Origin: Octopus sinensis
Lineage: Eukaryota
Assembly (NCBI RefSeq): GCF_006345805.1
Contig: NC_042997.1
Coordinates: 86,490,001-86,554,000 of the forward strand
Length of the DNA: 64,000 nucleotides
Direction: 5' to 3'
Both the position numbers and the translations under genes were made by a program. Below the pieces are notes generated by a model. The model saw only the letters and a program-made list of their open reading frames with translations. It was not told the DNA's origin and made no database searches. Positions within the stretch are counted from its first letter, which is position 1; every line of letters begins with the position of its first letter. This document shows positions 26,809-40,196 of this stretch, in pieces.

Positions 26809-27202
26809 TCTTGGGAGGGTCATTAGCCAATAAACACATGTACTGGTTCCATTTCACTTCTTTTATTATCATAAGTCAATTAACCATTTAACCAACTGGC
26901 TGCTTGATTAATTGTTTAGTTAATTAATCAATTAGCCAGGTTTGTCAAATCCTTTTGTTGTCATTCGCAACCTCTTCAATGACGTCCTCTGTAGGTCTGC
27001 CTCAAGCCTATTTTCAAAGTAAACCAATAGGGGGAAACGTCATTGATGAGGCTACAAATAGCAATGAAAAGATTTGAGGAACCTAGCTGATTGATTGACT
27101 GAATTATTAAGCAATCAGTTAGTTGATTGGTTAACCAATTAACTTATAAAAGAAGGTAGAACCAGTGCATATGTTTTTGCTGGCATAAAGACCCTCCCAA
27201 GA
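26809..27202. repeat. Imperfect foldback element (~390 bp)
   Basis: tcttgggagggtc...acacatgtactggttcc...cttttat...taagtcaattaacc mirrored by ggttaaccaattaacttataaaagaagg..gaaccagtgcatatgt...gaccctcccaaga. Confidence 0.75.
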
Positions 27203-30200
27203 TAATTCTATAACTATATTTTATCAAGAATATACTGCCTTCATGTTTAAATTTTCAAAATAATCACCAATTATGCAAGGGCTTAGTAAAATAAGTTACA
27301 ACTTAAAGGACAAATGTTTACCCATTAAAACACACCATCAATTTTCCAGCAACTGACATCCTGGTCTCACTTTCAGTCTGAAGATTATTATCAGTACACA
27401 CTCGAATTTCCTGAAAGTCAGCCAACTTAGTTCACTGGTTAGCCACAAGTAGCATTGTCATTTGCAATCATCTAGATATCAGTAGCTGCTGCAATGCTAA
27501 TAACTTGAGAAAATTTTCTATTCTACACTGCTTACATTTATCCCTAGTTACAGTGCAACATGTTAGTAGTGATGTAAAGTGTAAATGCAAGTCCAAATGA
27601 ATGAGGGGAAAACTAGAAATGGTGAGAGAGCTATACTATAGTGTTTCAGTGAGAAAAGTCTGAGACATGATACAGATTTATTAGCAACAGAGAAAAAAAT
27701 ATTGCTATTCTTTGCAAAAACTGGTTTTAAGAAATAAATGAGTATTAGAAAATCTTGCTTGCCCCCACTCTGCCACTCAATTCCTGTTGGAGTTGTAAGG
27801 GGCATTGTTATGACATGGTGGGTCTCAAGCATTTTAAACCTGGTGAAACCCCACCACCACCTCAAGGTCTGACCACAGCTGCTTTCTTCCAGAGAGAGAG
27901 GGTGAGAGAAAGAAAGAAGAAACTGACACTAGTACTTGGCTGGTAATTTATTGATCCCCACAGTTATAAAGTTAACCTCTGCAGGATTTGAACACAAAGC
28001 AAAGAGTCAGAAGAAATGCTGCTAGATATTCAAATGACTCTCAATTTAGTGCCTTAATTAGCAAAAACTATGAAAGCTAGTAAAATTACTAAATTTCAAA
28101 AAACTGTTGATTGAATGATATTGAGAATACCAGAATAATAAAGTAGACTTGTCAGAGAGCATGATAATGGAACAGGCTGAGTTGTTCCATAAAAAATTGG
28201 AATTGAAAACAGTCATTGTGAAAGTTCACTGAAAGGTTTAAGAATCATCAATGTGTAAAGTGTGACAATCCAAGTGTAAGGTACATGTAAACTGCATGTA
28301 TTATTAATTAGGTGAATTCCTTGGAAACTGCTGTTACATAGCTTTTATACTATTAATAATACCAAACCTTCACAATACCCCTTTCTTGACTAGAAATATG
28401 AAGATCAAAACATTCTCCCTTCTCCAACAATAACAATACAAAGGCACAACTGTTTAAAATTAAATAATGTCATGTGTAAACCCCCTAAGGATTTGCTCTA
28501 AAAATTTAACAACTTCACTGTAGAGAATACAGTATCCTAGCACAAAGGGGGAAAATATGTTCTTCACAATTGGATTTCAAGAAAGGATGCAGAGAGGAAT
28601 CAAGGGATTAGAGAGTGTTTTTACAATTAGTTTTAAGCATTTTTGCTATCACAGATAATTGAGATGTAGGGAGAGTATTTCCATCTTTATAATGTTTCTA
28701 GTGAAGAATTTACCCTGAATTTTTATTACATTACTGCAGTGGTTCTCAATCAAGATCCATATGACCCCTAAGGGTCCATATAAGAATTTTGGGAGCCCAT
28801 ACAAGCAGAATAGTAAATTGAAGATCCACAGTAGTATTTTAAGGGTCCATGAAAAACTTTGCATTAAATGTATTTATTGCTAGAAACAGCAAGGTTGTCT
28901 CTCCAACATTTTACATAGTTCAATAAATGGAGAATCCAGCATGCAATCAAACCATAAGTACTGGAAAAAAAAATCATTAGTGTACTCATACTACCTTTTA
29001 TGTAATTTTGAAAGTGATATCCCCACAACAGTTTAATGCAGGTAATTTCCAATAAGTATTTGTTGAAACAGTTAATGTAAACATGGCTGAATTAATTACT
29101 GCACATTAAAAACATAATAAATGATGTATAAGCTATGTTGAGGTTTAAGTAAACACAGCTTATGAATATTATGCATGGCAAGTCATTAGATAGGTTACAT
29201 AACTAAATGTATTGGTTAATGTATTTCTTGCAGAGCCAGTATTTATAAATGTGTGAATCATATTTGGGTTCTGACAGCAGACAATACACAATATAATGCT
29301 TTACCATTTCATAAGAATTTCATGAGAATTCAAATCTGGATCTTTATTCTGAATTTTGGGTAGCTGAATGAGTAAAGATTCTTTTTTATATTTCCTTTCT
29401 CCATTCTATGTATATTTCAATCTCGTTACTGCCCAAAGCAGTATAGGATTTCTTAGCTGAAGTTTAAGCTACTAGAAACTCAATCATCAATGAGTGCATA
29501 ATATGCAAAAAAGATTAATGTAGGTGTAATCCAAGATCATCAGCCCTGACTATGCAGATTTATTTTCAATAAATTTTATAATCAGAAGTCCTTCCTACTC
29601 CTAACCATTCAACTAGGGAACAAGAATGGAATTTGCATTTTGTTAAACAAAATGGAACGGAAAATGTTATGTGCCTGGCTCAAGAGAAGAAAAAAAAAAC
29701 AATAGTTGAAGCAGGATGTGAACATACAACCATGTTATTAAGATTTCAGTATTTTAAGCTCACAGCAATTGCATGATTTAAAAGAGAAGATTTTTACAGA
29801 CAAGACCCTGATTTTAAAACATTAAATTAATCAAATATTGTTTTTACAGAGAGAAGTTATCAATATACATTAATACACAGAACAGAAGGAATATGTGAAT
29901 ACACATATTGATTAAAGGTTACATACAATAGTATTGCTAGTGTGCATGAGTTCAATCTCTGGATCAGCCATGCTCTGTGTGTGTGTATAAATATATATAT
30001 AAATATAAAGGTGGCAAGCTGGAAGAATCGTTAGCATGCCAGGCAAAATGTTCAACAGCAAATTGTAGGCCTTGTGCCTTTAGTAGAAAGGATTATATAT
30101 ATCATCATCATGTAAACAGGACTGATTGATGTTTAACTAGCAACATCACATGTATTAATGTATAACTAATACAGAAAACATTCCTAGTATGGGCAACAGA

Positions 30201-30713
30201 ACAAGAACTATTTACTCCCATGGATTAAACAAAGCATTTAGTTCTGAATTCTGAGAACAGAGCAGATACCTGCAGAAGACCAAAGGATTACCACAGTTGA
30301 AATGTAACCATAACAACTAAGATGAGGACACTAGTCTAAATACATTACAGTATAATATCAATTCCTCATCACAGAAATTCAGAATTTGTTCATGTAAAAA
30401 ATGTTAACTTATTCTGAAAATGGTGTACACCATTCTTTTTTTTTTTTTTTCTTTAGATAAACATTATAATGAAAGACAGCTTTGTCTCCCAGAACACCAA
30501 CATTTTTCACAGAACCAATTTTTGGAAAACAATACTGAAGGGCAAGTTGAGTGGTTTTTTGTTTTTTTTCAGAGTGGAGTTCATAGTTTTCCTGTTTTAA
30601 ATGTTATTTACAACCATTGACCATTCTGTCATCTCAGTACAAGGCAAGGATAACTGCATAAAACCTTTAGATCAGAGTCTGTAATTCTAGTTACTTCTTC
30701 CTCTTTCTTTCTT

Positions 30714-30747
<34 letters not shown>

Positions 30748-31074
30748 GTGCATGCACATGCGATTCATTTTATAGCTGTGCGACATTTAGTTTAAATTAA
30801 CCTTTGGAACCAAAATTATCTAAAATGTAAACAAAATGCTCACAGTTTGTTGACAATTATTATCTATATCAGCAATCATATTTACCTCTCTTTCAAGGTT
30901 TACTTTTCCAATTAAGTGTATAGGATTCAATGACAACTATTCCCAATGGAACTTGCCCAGCTTATAAACATTTTTACTTCTTTACACTCCAGCCCAGTCC
31001 TTATCAAGCTGCAACAACCCAGTATTTTACTTAAATACACTTTATCCAAAACTAAATTATCTAATTTAGCTCAC

Positions 31075-31410
31075 TTTGAAACCACATGGTTTAAGGTTTA
31101 GTCCCACTGTGTAACATCAGGACAAGGGTCTACTACTATAGCCCCAGACTCACCAATGCCTCACGAGACAGAAATCGTGTAGAAGCTCATTGTGTGTGTG
31201 TGTTTCTGTTACCCCCTCTCACTGTTTGATACTTGGTGTTGGTTTGTTTACATCTTAGCAGCTCTGTAAAAGAGAGCAATATAACAAGTACCAGAATTAG
31301 AAGAAAAGAAACGTAAATACTAAGGTCAATTTGTTCAACTAAAACTCTTCAAGATGGTAGCCCAGCATGGCTGCAGTCCACTAACTGAAAAAAGGTAAAA
31401 GATAAAAAAA
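31075..31410 (+). repeat. Old full-length SINE
   Basis: accacatggtttaaggtttagtcccactg...cccagcatggctgcagtcc..actgaaaaaaggtaaaagataaaa. Confidence 0.7.
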
Positions 31411-31804
31411 CACCATTTATAAAATAGTAAGGTGTGATTTAAGGGAGGTTTGGCTGCTATTTATAGCATTCTGAACAGCCATATAAAGGTTCCTCTCATT
31501 ATTTGAACTATTTCTTTAAAATTTTTTTCGTTAGAAAAAGTAAAATTAGTTAATTTCTATAAATTTAGATCATTGAAAAAATTCTAGACACCTGAAATGC
31601 TAGAAATAGCCAAATTTTCCTCAAATTACACCCTATTACTGTCAAAAAGAAAGTGCACATTAGATAACCCTACAAAGACGAGATGAAATGTTATTGATCA
31701 TCAAACAAGTTAAACAATACCACTAATGAAATTTAAAAGCAACAGAGAAGGGACAGGTATTTCATTGGTAGGATACTGGATAATCTATCAGGATATTGCC
31801 AGTC

Positions 31805-32487
31805 CTTAGCCATTTAGCACTAACTGTTTTATGTTCAAATCAGGCCTCTCGCACCTACCCTACAAGATCATTCAAAAAATAAGCAATCACATCAAAATCT
31901 CAGAGCTACAAGATAATGCAGGATTAATACAAAACAATGTGAATAAATAAACATTACATGTGCCAGAGTAATCTGAATGCTTAAGGGTTCAACCAAGGTT
32001 AGGTGACACAGGTTTTGAGGCCCTTAAGTATAGCCTTCAAAAAGAACTAAATCTATTTCCTAAATGTAATTACATTTCCCCCACACATTTAATAACTCTT
32101 TTTCAAGGAAGGCTTATTAGATTTCACTTAATTCAATGTGGCCATCAAATCATCTAGCTGTAAACAGGCACTGCAATGTAGGAATAACCGCTGTAAACAC
32201 TTGCAGGGCAAAAGGAAGGATACAGTAGATAATGTGGTGCTGAAAGCACACTGCTTAATGGGAGTCACATTTCATTTGATCATAGGCTTGGTTGACCAGG
32301 GGTTAACTCTTTAACATTTAACAGATCATATCTGGCCAAAATATTCTACCTCTTTTAGGTTCAAACTAACCAGATCCTGCCCTACAATGTCATTCTAAAA
32401 ATAAACAGTCACATTATCAAAATTTCAAAGTTACAAGATAATGCATGAATAATTCTAAACAATGTAAATAGGCATTACGTTTGAAAG
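31805..32487 (-). mobile_element. Two degraded piggyBac-like MITE copies (31805-31992 and 32304-32487)
   Basis: Shared body cctacaatgtcattctaaaaataaac..aagataatgca..aaacaatgtgaataaata; one ends ctgaatgcttaagggtt. Confidence 0.65.
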
Positions 32488-32727
32488 TTAAACAACTAAA
32501 GCATGAAAATACAAATATTTGTAAACATTGAAAGGAATTAAATCTAAAACAAAAACAAGAGAGGCATGAGTTTCGAGTTAAGAAATTTGCATCACAACTG
32601 TGTAGTTCTGAGATTACTCATACTGCACAGCACACAGACCAAGTGTCTTCTGCCATAGCTTTGGATTGACCAATACCTTATGCATAGAATTTTATTGACT
32701 GAAAAGTGGATGTTAAACAACAGCAAT

Positions 32728-32768
<41 letters not shown>

Positions 32769-33549
32769 CATACATACTTACATACATAAAGTAATCAAAG
32801 GATGTTTGTGTATCATATATTTGTAAGTCAAATGTTTAACATTGGCGCAAATTCAAAACTTTCACGCTTCACAAACAAAAAAAACTTTCAAATAGTTGCT
32901 CAACACTGAGACACACTATTGTTACTCTTACCATCAGAAATGTAACAAATATTTTGTAAATAAGTAAGAAGTACCAGTAATATATCTCTGGGTTAATTTA
33001 ACTGATTAATACAGTGTTTCCTTACAAAATGTAACCTTGAGCCTAAGGAATAAACAAAAAAAAAAAATCAACATTGTGACCACTCATCTGAGAGTAGATG
33101 TACTAAGTCTTCAGATTGATTAGTAAGCAACCTTCAAACGGAGGTTAAGCTTCAAGTTGGGTGTGTACAGGATGTTATTTCATTATTTAGGTCACTAATA
33201 CTCTTAAGATAGGTTCTCATTCCTTTGCTCTAAGTCACGTCACCAAACAATTTTCACGGTAGGCCAAATAACTGAATGATGAGCATGGGCTGCATAACCA
33301 TTTTGTTCAATACAATACAGTGAATACACAAAACATAAAGACAACCGACATATTTATTTACTAAAAAGTTATCAAAGGCAATGTTAGCAATAAGGCAGTT
33401 ATATCACACCCAGTGCACACATATCCGAATCTCACAAACTAAGCAGCAAAAAAGGTTGGTGGGATTTGGTGTTTAGCTTTTAAGATATTGTCAATATTTG
33501 CTTTGGCCTTGTTGCATCTGAGAGAATTGCTTTCAAATATTCATCGGTC

Positions 33550-33802
33550 AACCTTGTTCAATGTGCTGACTTCACATCCTTCCTTATTGAAGGATGTGAA
33601 GTCAGCATCACATCCTGACATAAGTTGTTGGCAGACATAAGTTGTTGGCAGACATAAGTTGTTCCAAACACCAATGCCATACCAGAAGCAAATGAACTCT
33701 CATTGCAGGTACTTACACAAAAAGTACAGTGCAGCGGTGGACTGGGTGAACTGGCCTTGCAGGCCAGATTCGGCCTGCTGGCCATAGTATGGAAACCCCT
33801 GC
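33550..33802. mobile_element. hAT transposon end fragment containing a 17 bp tandem repeat
   Basis: ggccagattcggcctgctggccatagtatggaaacccctg resembles a Charlie-type terminus; cataagttgttggcaga is repeated about 2.5 times near 33618-33663. Confidence 0.5.
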
Positions 33803-36145
33803 TCTAAGTGTACATAAATATATTTTTATGCTTATAGAAGAAATAAACCTTCCATAGAAAGCTCTCAACAATGCTTGTCAACCTGCTAGAAATAGCCAAA
33901 TATCATCTCAAACACACACTTTATCATCTTAAAATGGAAAGGATACATACACTAGGATACTATGGTCCCAGATAAACTCAAGAAAAAAATAGGTGGGTTT
34001 GCCACAACTAGAATGCATCTGACCATGAGGCTTACTCAAGGCTAGTCTAGGTCTAAAGCATTATTATTTATTGCAGCCTGATGTGTATTAACTGCCTTGA
34101 CACAGAGTTCGACATAATGGCCAGCAGTATAATAGTATAACACACCTGTGTCTTTTTAAGATTTACAGGACAAATTTTGACTGGTTTGTGTATGATACGA
34201 CAAACTCATGATCAAGAAGTTTAAGTTTTAATGGCATCTCAGAGGGATAGAACAAAAGTGAACTGAAATGTCTTATAACATCTGCAGCTGGCAGTAAATG
34301 TTACAATGAACACAGCAATGCAAATCTATCAACAAATAGAATGAGCCATCATTTTACTTGCTAAAAGTGGCAGTCAAATCTTCCAAATTTCCTTAGAAAA
34401 TAAAGAAAGACAATGAATAACATTATCTGGTAAGTTAGGATTATCTCAGCTGGAATGCTTTTCATCATAGGTTTGCTTAATCACAGCCGATTTGGAGCTA
34501 AAAAAAAAGCATATATTGCTCAACAGAAATACAAATATATAGACTTGTTTGGAGTATTTAGTCTGTAGTTATTATCCATAATGTAAGATTTAAAATGCTG
34601 ACAAGTTTTTACAGCATTAAACAGCTGATAGAAAAGTTACCTACTCTAACAGAGAGGCCACTTATAGGTAACATTCCTAAATGGTCTTGGAACCTAAAGA
34701 AAGATTATTGTTCAAGAACTAAATACCTACAAATGAACTCCTGCTTTATGAGCAAGTAGTACTTATCCACTGGACCATCGCACCTCTACAGTTATAATTA
34801 CCAAGATAAAAGAAATTAAAGACTCTTCTTATTGGTTAACTAACTCTTAACATTTTATCCTAATGTATCAGTTATCAAGGTTAGACTGATTGTTTATGAA
34901 TAAAGCATAATCAACTGAGTGTAGCTTGAATTTTATAGTCTGATTGATGCCAATCGTTACCAAGTCAAATATGATAGAGCAGACAATAATCAAAAGCACT
35001 CCATTCTTGACCATCCCGCCTTATATATTTAAGACTACATTATCCAATCTATGCTTTTTAAAAGACAATACGGTATGGTTTGGGGGAGATTTGCCAGATG
35101 CGTTTAGCAAGTTGAACAACTACATAGAACCTACTACAACTTCTCAGACAAACTGAATACCTTACTCCCTTCCCACTCAATTTCAGTTCTTTAATGAAGT
35201 CATGTCAATTACTGCTTTATTCCAGGTAAAGAATGAATGTCACAACATCTTAATTCCACATTCATACAACAGCTTGGAATTTTGTTAATTTGACCTAACC
35301 AAATCACATAAAGTTGGAAGACTTCAGTGGTATTCCAACATCACAGTAAAGTTACAGAACCTTACTGTTATTTTAATCAAAGTCCAAGTCAAAAAATAGG
35401 AGAGAGAAGCTCTCTTATTCTCAAGCAGAGATTACAGATACTACTAATGTACAAGGCAAGCTTTGTACTTTAAGCACCTGTGCCCCAAATAAGTAGCACT
35501 CAAACCTACAAAGCTCTACATAGAGGGATTGCAGAGAAGTAGAATTCACCAGTCTTAAATAGCAACAATACTATCGTTTTAATGGAAATAAAGTAATTTT
35601 ACTGGTTAACAATACTGAGCTCAACTCCTCCCGTGAGAGGAGCAGCTACTTACAAATAGACTAGTATCTTATATAGGAGCTATCATCTATTTTATGCTAT
35701 AGAAATAAAGTACCAACCCTATGGATCCACGTTATTTAAAAATGATTAGTTTTTCTCAGTTTCTTCTACTTGCTTTTGATTCTTTCAGTCAACATTGACA
35801 GAAACTGTTGGTAGTTGCTGTACAGGTACAAGGTCACACTAACCAACTGTTCTAGACCATTTGTTTTTGTTGTTTAGTTTCAGTCAGCCCTGATCAAATA
35901 GACCTATGTCAAAGGCATTCCAAACATCACCATCTTGTATTTTCTCCAGTCAGTGCATGTCTAGGGCATTTTTTGTGAAGATGCAATTTGAGAACAGATT
36001 TGGTTGTTATTTTTTGCAGATCAAGTAACCAGGGCACTTAATGCTACTCCATTGTTGAGTTGTTAAAAGAATAAAAGCAATAATCAGATGTGAAAGGAAA
36101 AATAAAAATCACACTATTACACTTTATTTCAATGGGTTAAACCAT

Positions 36146-36367
36146 AACCCTGTAGCATTTAAACAGGCTACATCCAACCCAAATATTTTGTTTTGTGTTC
36201 AAACTGGCCAGATCAGGCCTCTCTCATCTACCCTACAATGTCATTCTAAAAATATACAAGCACATCATCAAAATCTCAACACTATGAGATAATGCATGAT
36301 TAATTCAAAACAATGTGAATAAATAAGTATTACATTTGATAGAGTAATTTGAATGCTAAAGGGTTAA
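36146..36367 (-). mobile_element. piggyBac-like MITE
   Basis: taaccctgtagcatttaaac...tgaatgctaaagggttaa. Confidence 0.75.
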
Positions 36368-36747
36368 ATATAGAAGAGAGAATGACAATGTCTGGTATCT
36401 TTGTCATTGTAGTAAACAGTAGCAATACTATATAACCCATCTTCTGAATGTGATATAGAGACTCATAGATAGGAACCACTAGGGCAGGAATGGGGGATAG
36501 GCAGCCTTTGAAGCACTTAAGTGCAGCCTCCAAGAAAAGAACTCCAGATTTTGATTTAAAAAAAAAACTCACTGGTTTCATAGTATCATATTGTTCTTAA
36601 AACATTACAAGAATACATCAATGAAAAAAATTCCCTTTTGATCTCGTATGCAAATGTTTTATATGTACCATGTGTAAACTGCATAACCATGCCAATTTTA
36701 AAGTGCAACCAATATTTTACACTGCTGCACCATCTACACGCAGTGTT

Positions 36748-36957
36748 TCACCTTTAGGAATGCAGACTACTCTGTCAAATGCTTATTTATACCCACATTG
36801 TTTTGAATTAACCATGCATTATATTCAAGCTTCAAAATTTTCATGATGTGACTTAATCTTTAAAATGACATTGTGGGGGTTAGGTGTGAGAGGCTGGATC
36901 TGACTGCTTTGAACATATTTGAGTTGGATAAGGTCAGTTAAAATGCTAAAGGGTTAA
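36748..36957 (+). mobile_element. piggyBac-like MITE, inverted relative to the 36146 copy
   Basis: ..actactctgtcaaatgcttattt..ttttgaattaaccatgcattat...aaatgctaaagggttaa. Confidence 0.7.
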
Positions 36958-38383
36958 TAGTCTTTAAAAGGTCAGATTATTGCCATAATTATATTTTCAA
37001 AAAAAATGTAACTACATTTTTCTGATTATTTAATAAACTCTTTTTAATATGGCCTTAGATCAAGCATGATTCAAATTTGAAAAACTTCTCCCTCATTCCT
37101 GCCCAACATATTATGGAGAGTGGTGCTCCTATAACGTATGTTCCATGCATAATATGCTTATACTTTCTAAAGACATTAACAACAGCCAGAGATCTTGATA
37201 TCAACAATAAGAGGACAATAAAAATAATGTGATGATCAAGTTTCATCACTAAATTAGGAACTGGCTTATTTTCTAATGCAGAAATATTTGAGATCAGCAC
37301 AATGAGTACCGAAGTACCTAACTGAATTACAATGTGACTGACTGAACATGTACACTTGTAGCCTTAACATAATTCTTAGGAAGAATTAGCATGTCAAAGT
37401 TTGATCTTCCAATTACAAGTACAATTCAAAAGGATTCCACAAGTTTCCACCGACACAATTTCACTCACAAGGCTTTGGTCAACCCATGGCTACAGTAAGC
37501 CTTGACCAAGGTGTCATGCAGCAGGATAAAACCTGAAACCTGGTAACTGTGAGGCAAATTTCTTAATCGTTCAGTCATAAGCTATCAAAATAACTTATAA
37601 GTCCTGCAGCTAACAATGGTGACTGATTTTTCACAATAGCTAAGACAATAGGTTATGGAGGTGGGCCACTACAGATACAACTCAGCATCAATTACAAATT
37701 ATGAGCCTTTCAACTTGTAACCCCATATCTCAATGATTTACTTCACCACCCTATACTCTGTACAGAAATTCATAACCTTAACAGCAACATAACAATTCCC
37801 TTCACAGACATACTTAGAACTATAATGCTAGCAACTGAATCAAACAAATCCACTTCTGCCCTACTTAACAGCATCACATAATTACCACTTCATTATGTAT
37901 GCCACTCCCAATAATATCAGTATTATACTAAAAAATTCGAAATTCTAGATATCACCTTGAACACACCAATATCATTGTACACAATACACAGAGGGCAAAC
38001 TTGAAAAGATAACAGTTATAAGCAGTACATCATGTTCAACATGAACTATGCTAGATCAACACTGCCACAAACCCCAAATTATAAACTTAGCAAAGCAATA
38101 CCCTTCCATGGCAGCACACATTTACCATTTTCACAATGAAATTTATTCTTTAAAAAGAAGAACACTTCAACAGCATGTCATGCAGTTTTAAGAAGCACAA
38201 AATGACCAACCACTTTCAAATATGAAAACATTATTAACACTTCAGCACAGAAACTAAATCTGGTTCTTGTCCAAACCAACAGTTGAAATTGGAATAATAC
38301 AATGTAAAAACCATTTACACGCCCATCAAATCCGAAAGTAGTAATACTTCTTACAAATCCTCTTTCTTATTTTTAATACATAC

Positions 38384-38501
38384 TTAAAACAGGTTTGCTG
38401 TTCAACTGTAAGTCGAAATCTTTGACCGTGAGTATACTTAAGTGCTCCGTCGAATTTATAACGGTTGGCAAACTGTTTTTGAACCTCCTGTGGGGACACA
38501 T
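38384..38501 (-). CDS. GABARAPL2: Candidate alternative first coding exon of GABARAPL2 (MCPHRRFKNSLPTVINSTEHLSILTVKDFDLQLNSKPVL+A)
   Basis: 118 nt stop-free frame from ATG 38501 to donor A|gtatgt at 38383; phase 1, in frame with exon 2; lies in a CpG-retaining zone. No homology or transcript support is available. Confidence 0.4.
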
Positions 38502-38807
38502 GTTGCTGTGGCTATTTTGTGATTACATTTGTTTGCTTGCGGTGGACAGGAGTGGTCTTCGCACTGTGATCAAGTATTAGGTTTTGCTGAGTAGACAGAC
38601 AGTGGTTATGATATTGGCCGAGAATAGTCAGGTGGAGTCTCCGGTTTCTAGAGCACTTGTAATTCCTATTCGTGAAATGAACGTGTAAGTGGCTGGGTAT
38701 TCCACAGACACATGTACCCATAACACAACTCTCAGGCCAAATGAGTATATAACACAATATAACAAGGTTTAACTTCTTTCCAGAGAAAAGAAACCGAACT
38801 AGAAGGG

Positions 38808-38913
38808 GCGAAAGATAAAGTTAACTTCGACAGGATTTGAACTCGGACTGCAGCGAGTTGGAACGAATACAGCAGGTCGTTCTGACACTAACTACTGTCA
38901 ATTCGCAGCCTTA
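38808..38913 (-). repeat. SINE 5' head with B-box-like GAGTTCAAATCC, CpGs retained
   Basis: Minus strand taaggctgcgaattgacag...ccgagttcaaatcctgtcgaagttaacttt matches the SINE heads at 46832 and 51920. Confidence 0.65.
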
Positions 38914-40131
38914 GTATGTATTTTGGATTCATGACAATGAAAACGGTCAAAACGGATCTACAGTGTGGCGTACTAGATGCACCGTTCGTTTATTTCTTTT
39001 AATGTAAAGTGCTAATACGTGATTCATTTCTCTAATTGCTCATTTGAAATTTCGGTAGTTTAAACACTGGGACAGAAAAGTGAATGTTGGACTATACAGA
39101 AAATATGCTGTACCACAGTAACTAGTTCACTGTCATTAATTGAGCAATTAGCAACTCAATAGATTTGTACAAATAGTATGATAACGGCAAACAGATTTAA
39201 CATACCAGTAATAGACACAGAAATGAATTTATATACCTACTCCCCAGAAAGTTACCACAATTTCGTACTAGACACAAAACACAAGAACTACAAGAGAGGA
39301 AGAGATTGAGACGGAATGTTGCCACGCTCTAGACAGACATTAGTAGCCTGTCCCAACTAAGAGTGCGCGAGTGTGATAAAGCCTAAAATTAAAACTGCTA
39401 ATAGTAAATTACTATAGGTTTACAATTAGTGTGTAACAGGACAGAAGTCGAAGCGTGCGTAATAGAAATGATGCTGAGTTCAGAGAGAGAGAAAGTATTA
39501 AAAGATAGGCTTTGAAAGTTTACAACAAATACGTATTTTAATACGGATAAGAACTAAATACAACATCCTTTTCGAAGTAATTCAAGTGGAAAAATCCAAT
39601 CTTTGCAGAAGTATGGACGTTTGTTTTAAATCAATAATAAATAATACAGACACTAAATTTTTATCGAATCAGAATAGATGAATGAAAAAAAAAATACTGC
39701 ATATATGTTATATAAAATAACCATTATGACGACGGATCACAAATCTTTGCGGCAAACAAGTATTCCATGTGACTGGTAGAATAAATGAAATAGCGGGAAA
39801 CATTAACCGAATAAGGAAATTTGCAACAGCTGACAAAAAACAAACAAAAAAACAAGTGACAAAAATGTGTGGGAGGGTTTTTCAATAAATTCCTTTTTTA
39901 TCGTCCTTAAACAATAAGCTAACTTTGTCGGGAAAACAAGTTAAGTTAGTTAACTGAATCAGTTCGGTATTTTCGTTTTTCCGACACTGCTCCTTGGATG
40001 GATGGAAAGTTAGTACTCAAAACACAGCTCTCATAATTTGGATTTTAAAAAAGGGGTTTCGGGGGGTAAAAAAGGAAGTCCTGCCACCAGATTTTCCAAG
40101 GATGATATGAACAGATTTAATATGGAAAAAA

Positions 40132-40196
40132 TTCTGAATAAGGAGTGTCACTGATACAACTGATACTTTTGTATCAGTAACACTCCTTATTCAGAA
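40132..40196 (-). ncRNA. Pre-miRNA-sized hairpin (28 bp stem, 9 nt loop) in intron 1
   Basis: Arms ttctgaataaggagtgtcactgatacaa / ttgtatcagtaacactccttattcagaa; the single difference is a U:G pair on the minus strand. Processing is not demonstrated. Confidence 0.3.

Noticed and set aside
33618-33663. Short direct repeats resembling a CRISPR array
   Set aside because: Tandem 17-mer without spacers, in eukaryotic transposon DNA
38380-38757. Stop readthrough or antizyme-like frameshift across TAG 38514-38512
   Set aside because: No UCC-UGA slippery site or known readthrough context, and the readthrough frame ends in phase 2, incompatible with exon 2
38833-38844. tRNA gene from B-box-like motifs here and elsewhere
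   Set aside because: No cloverleaf; these are heads of tRNA-derived SINEs
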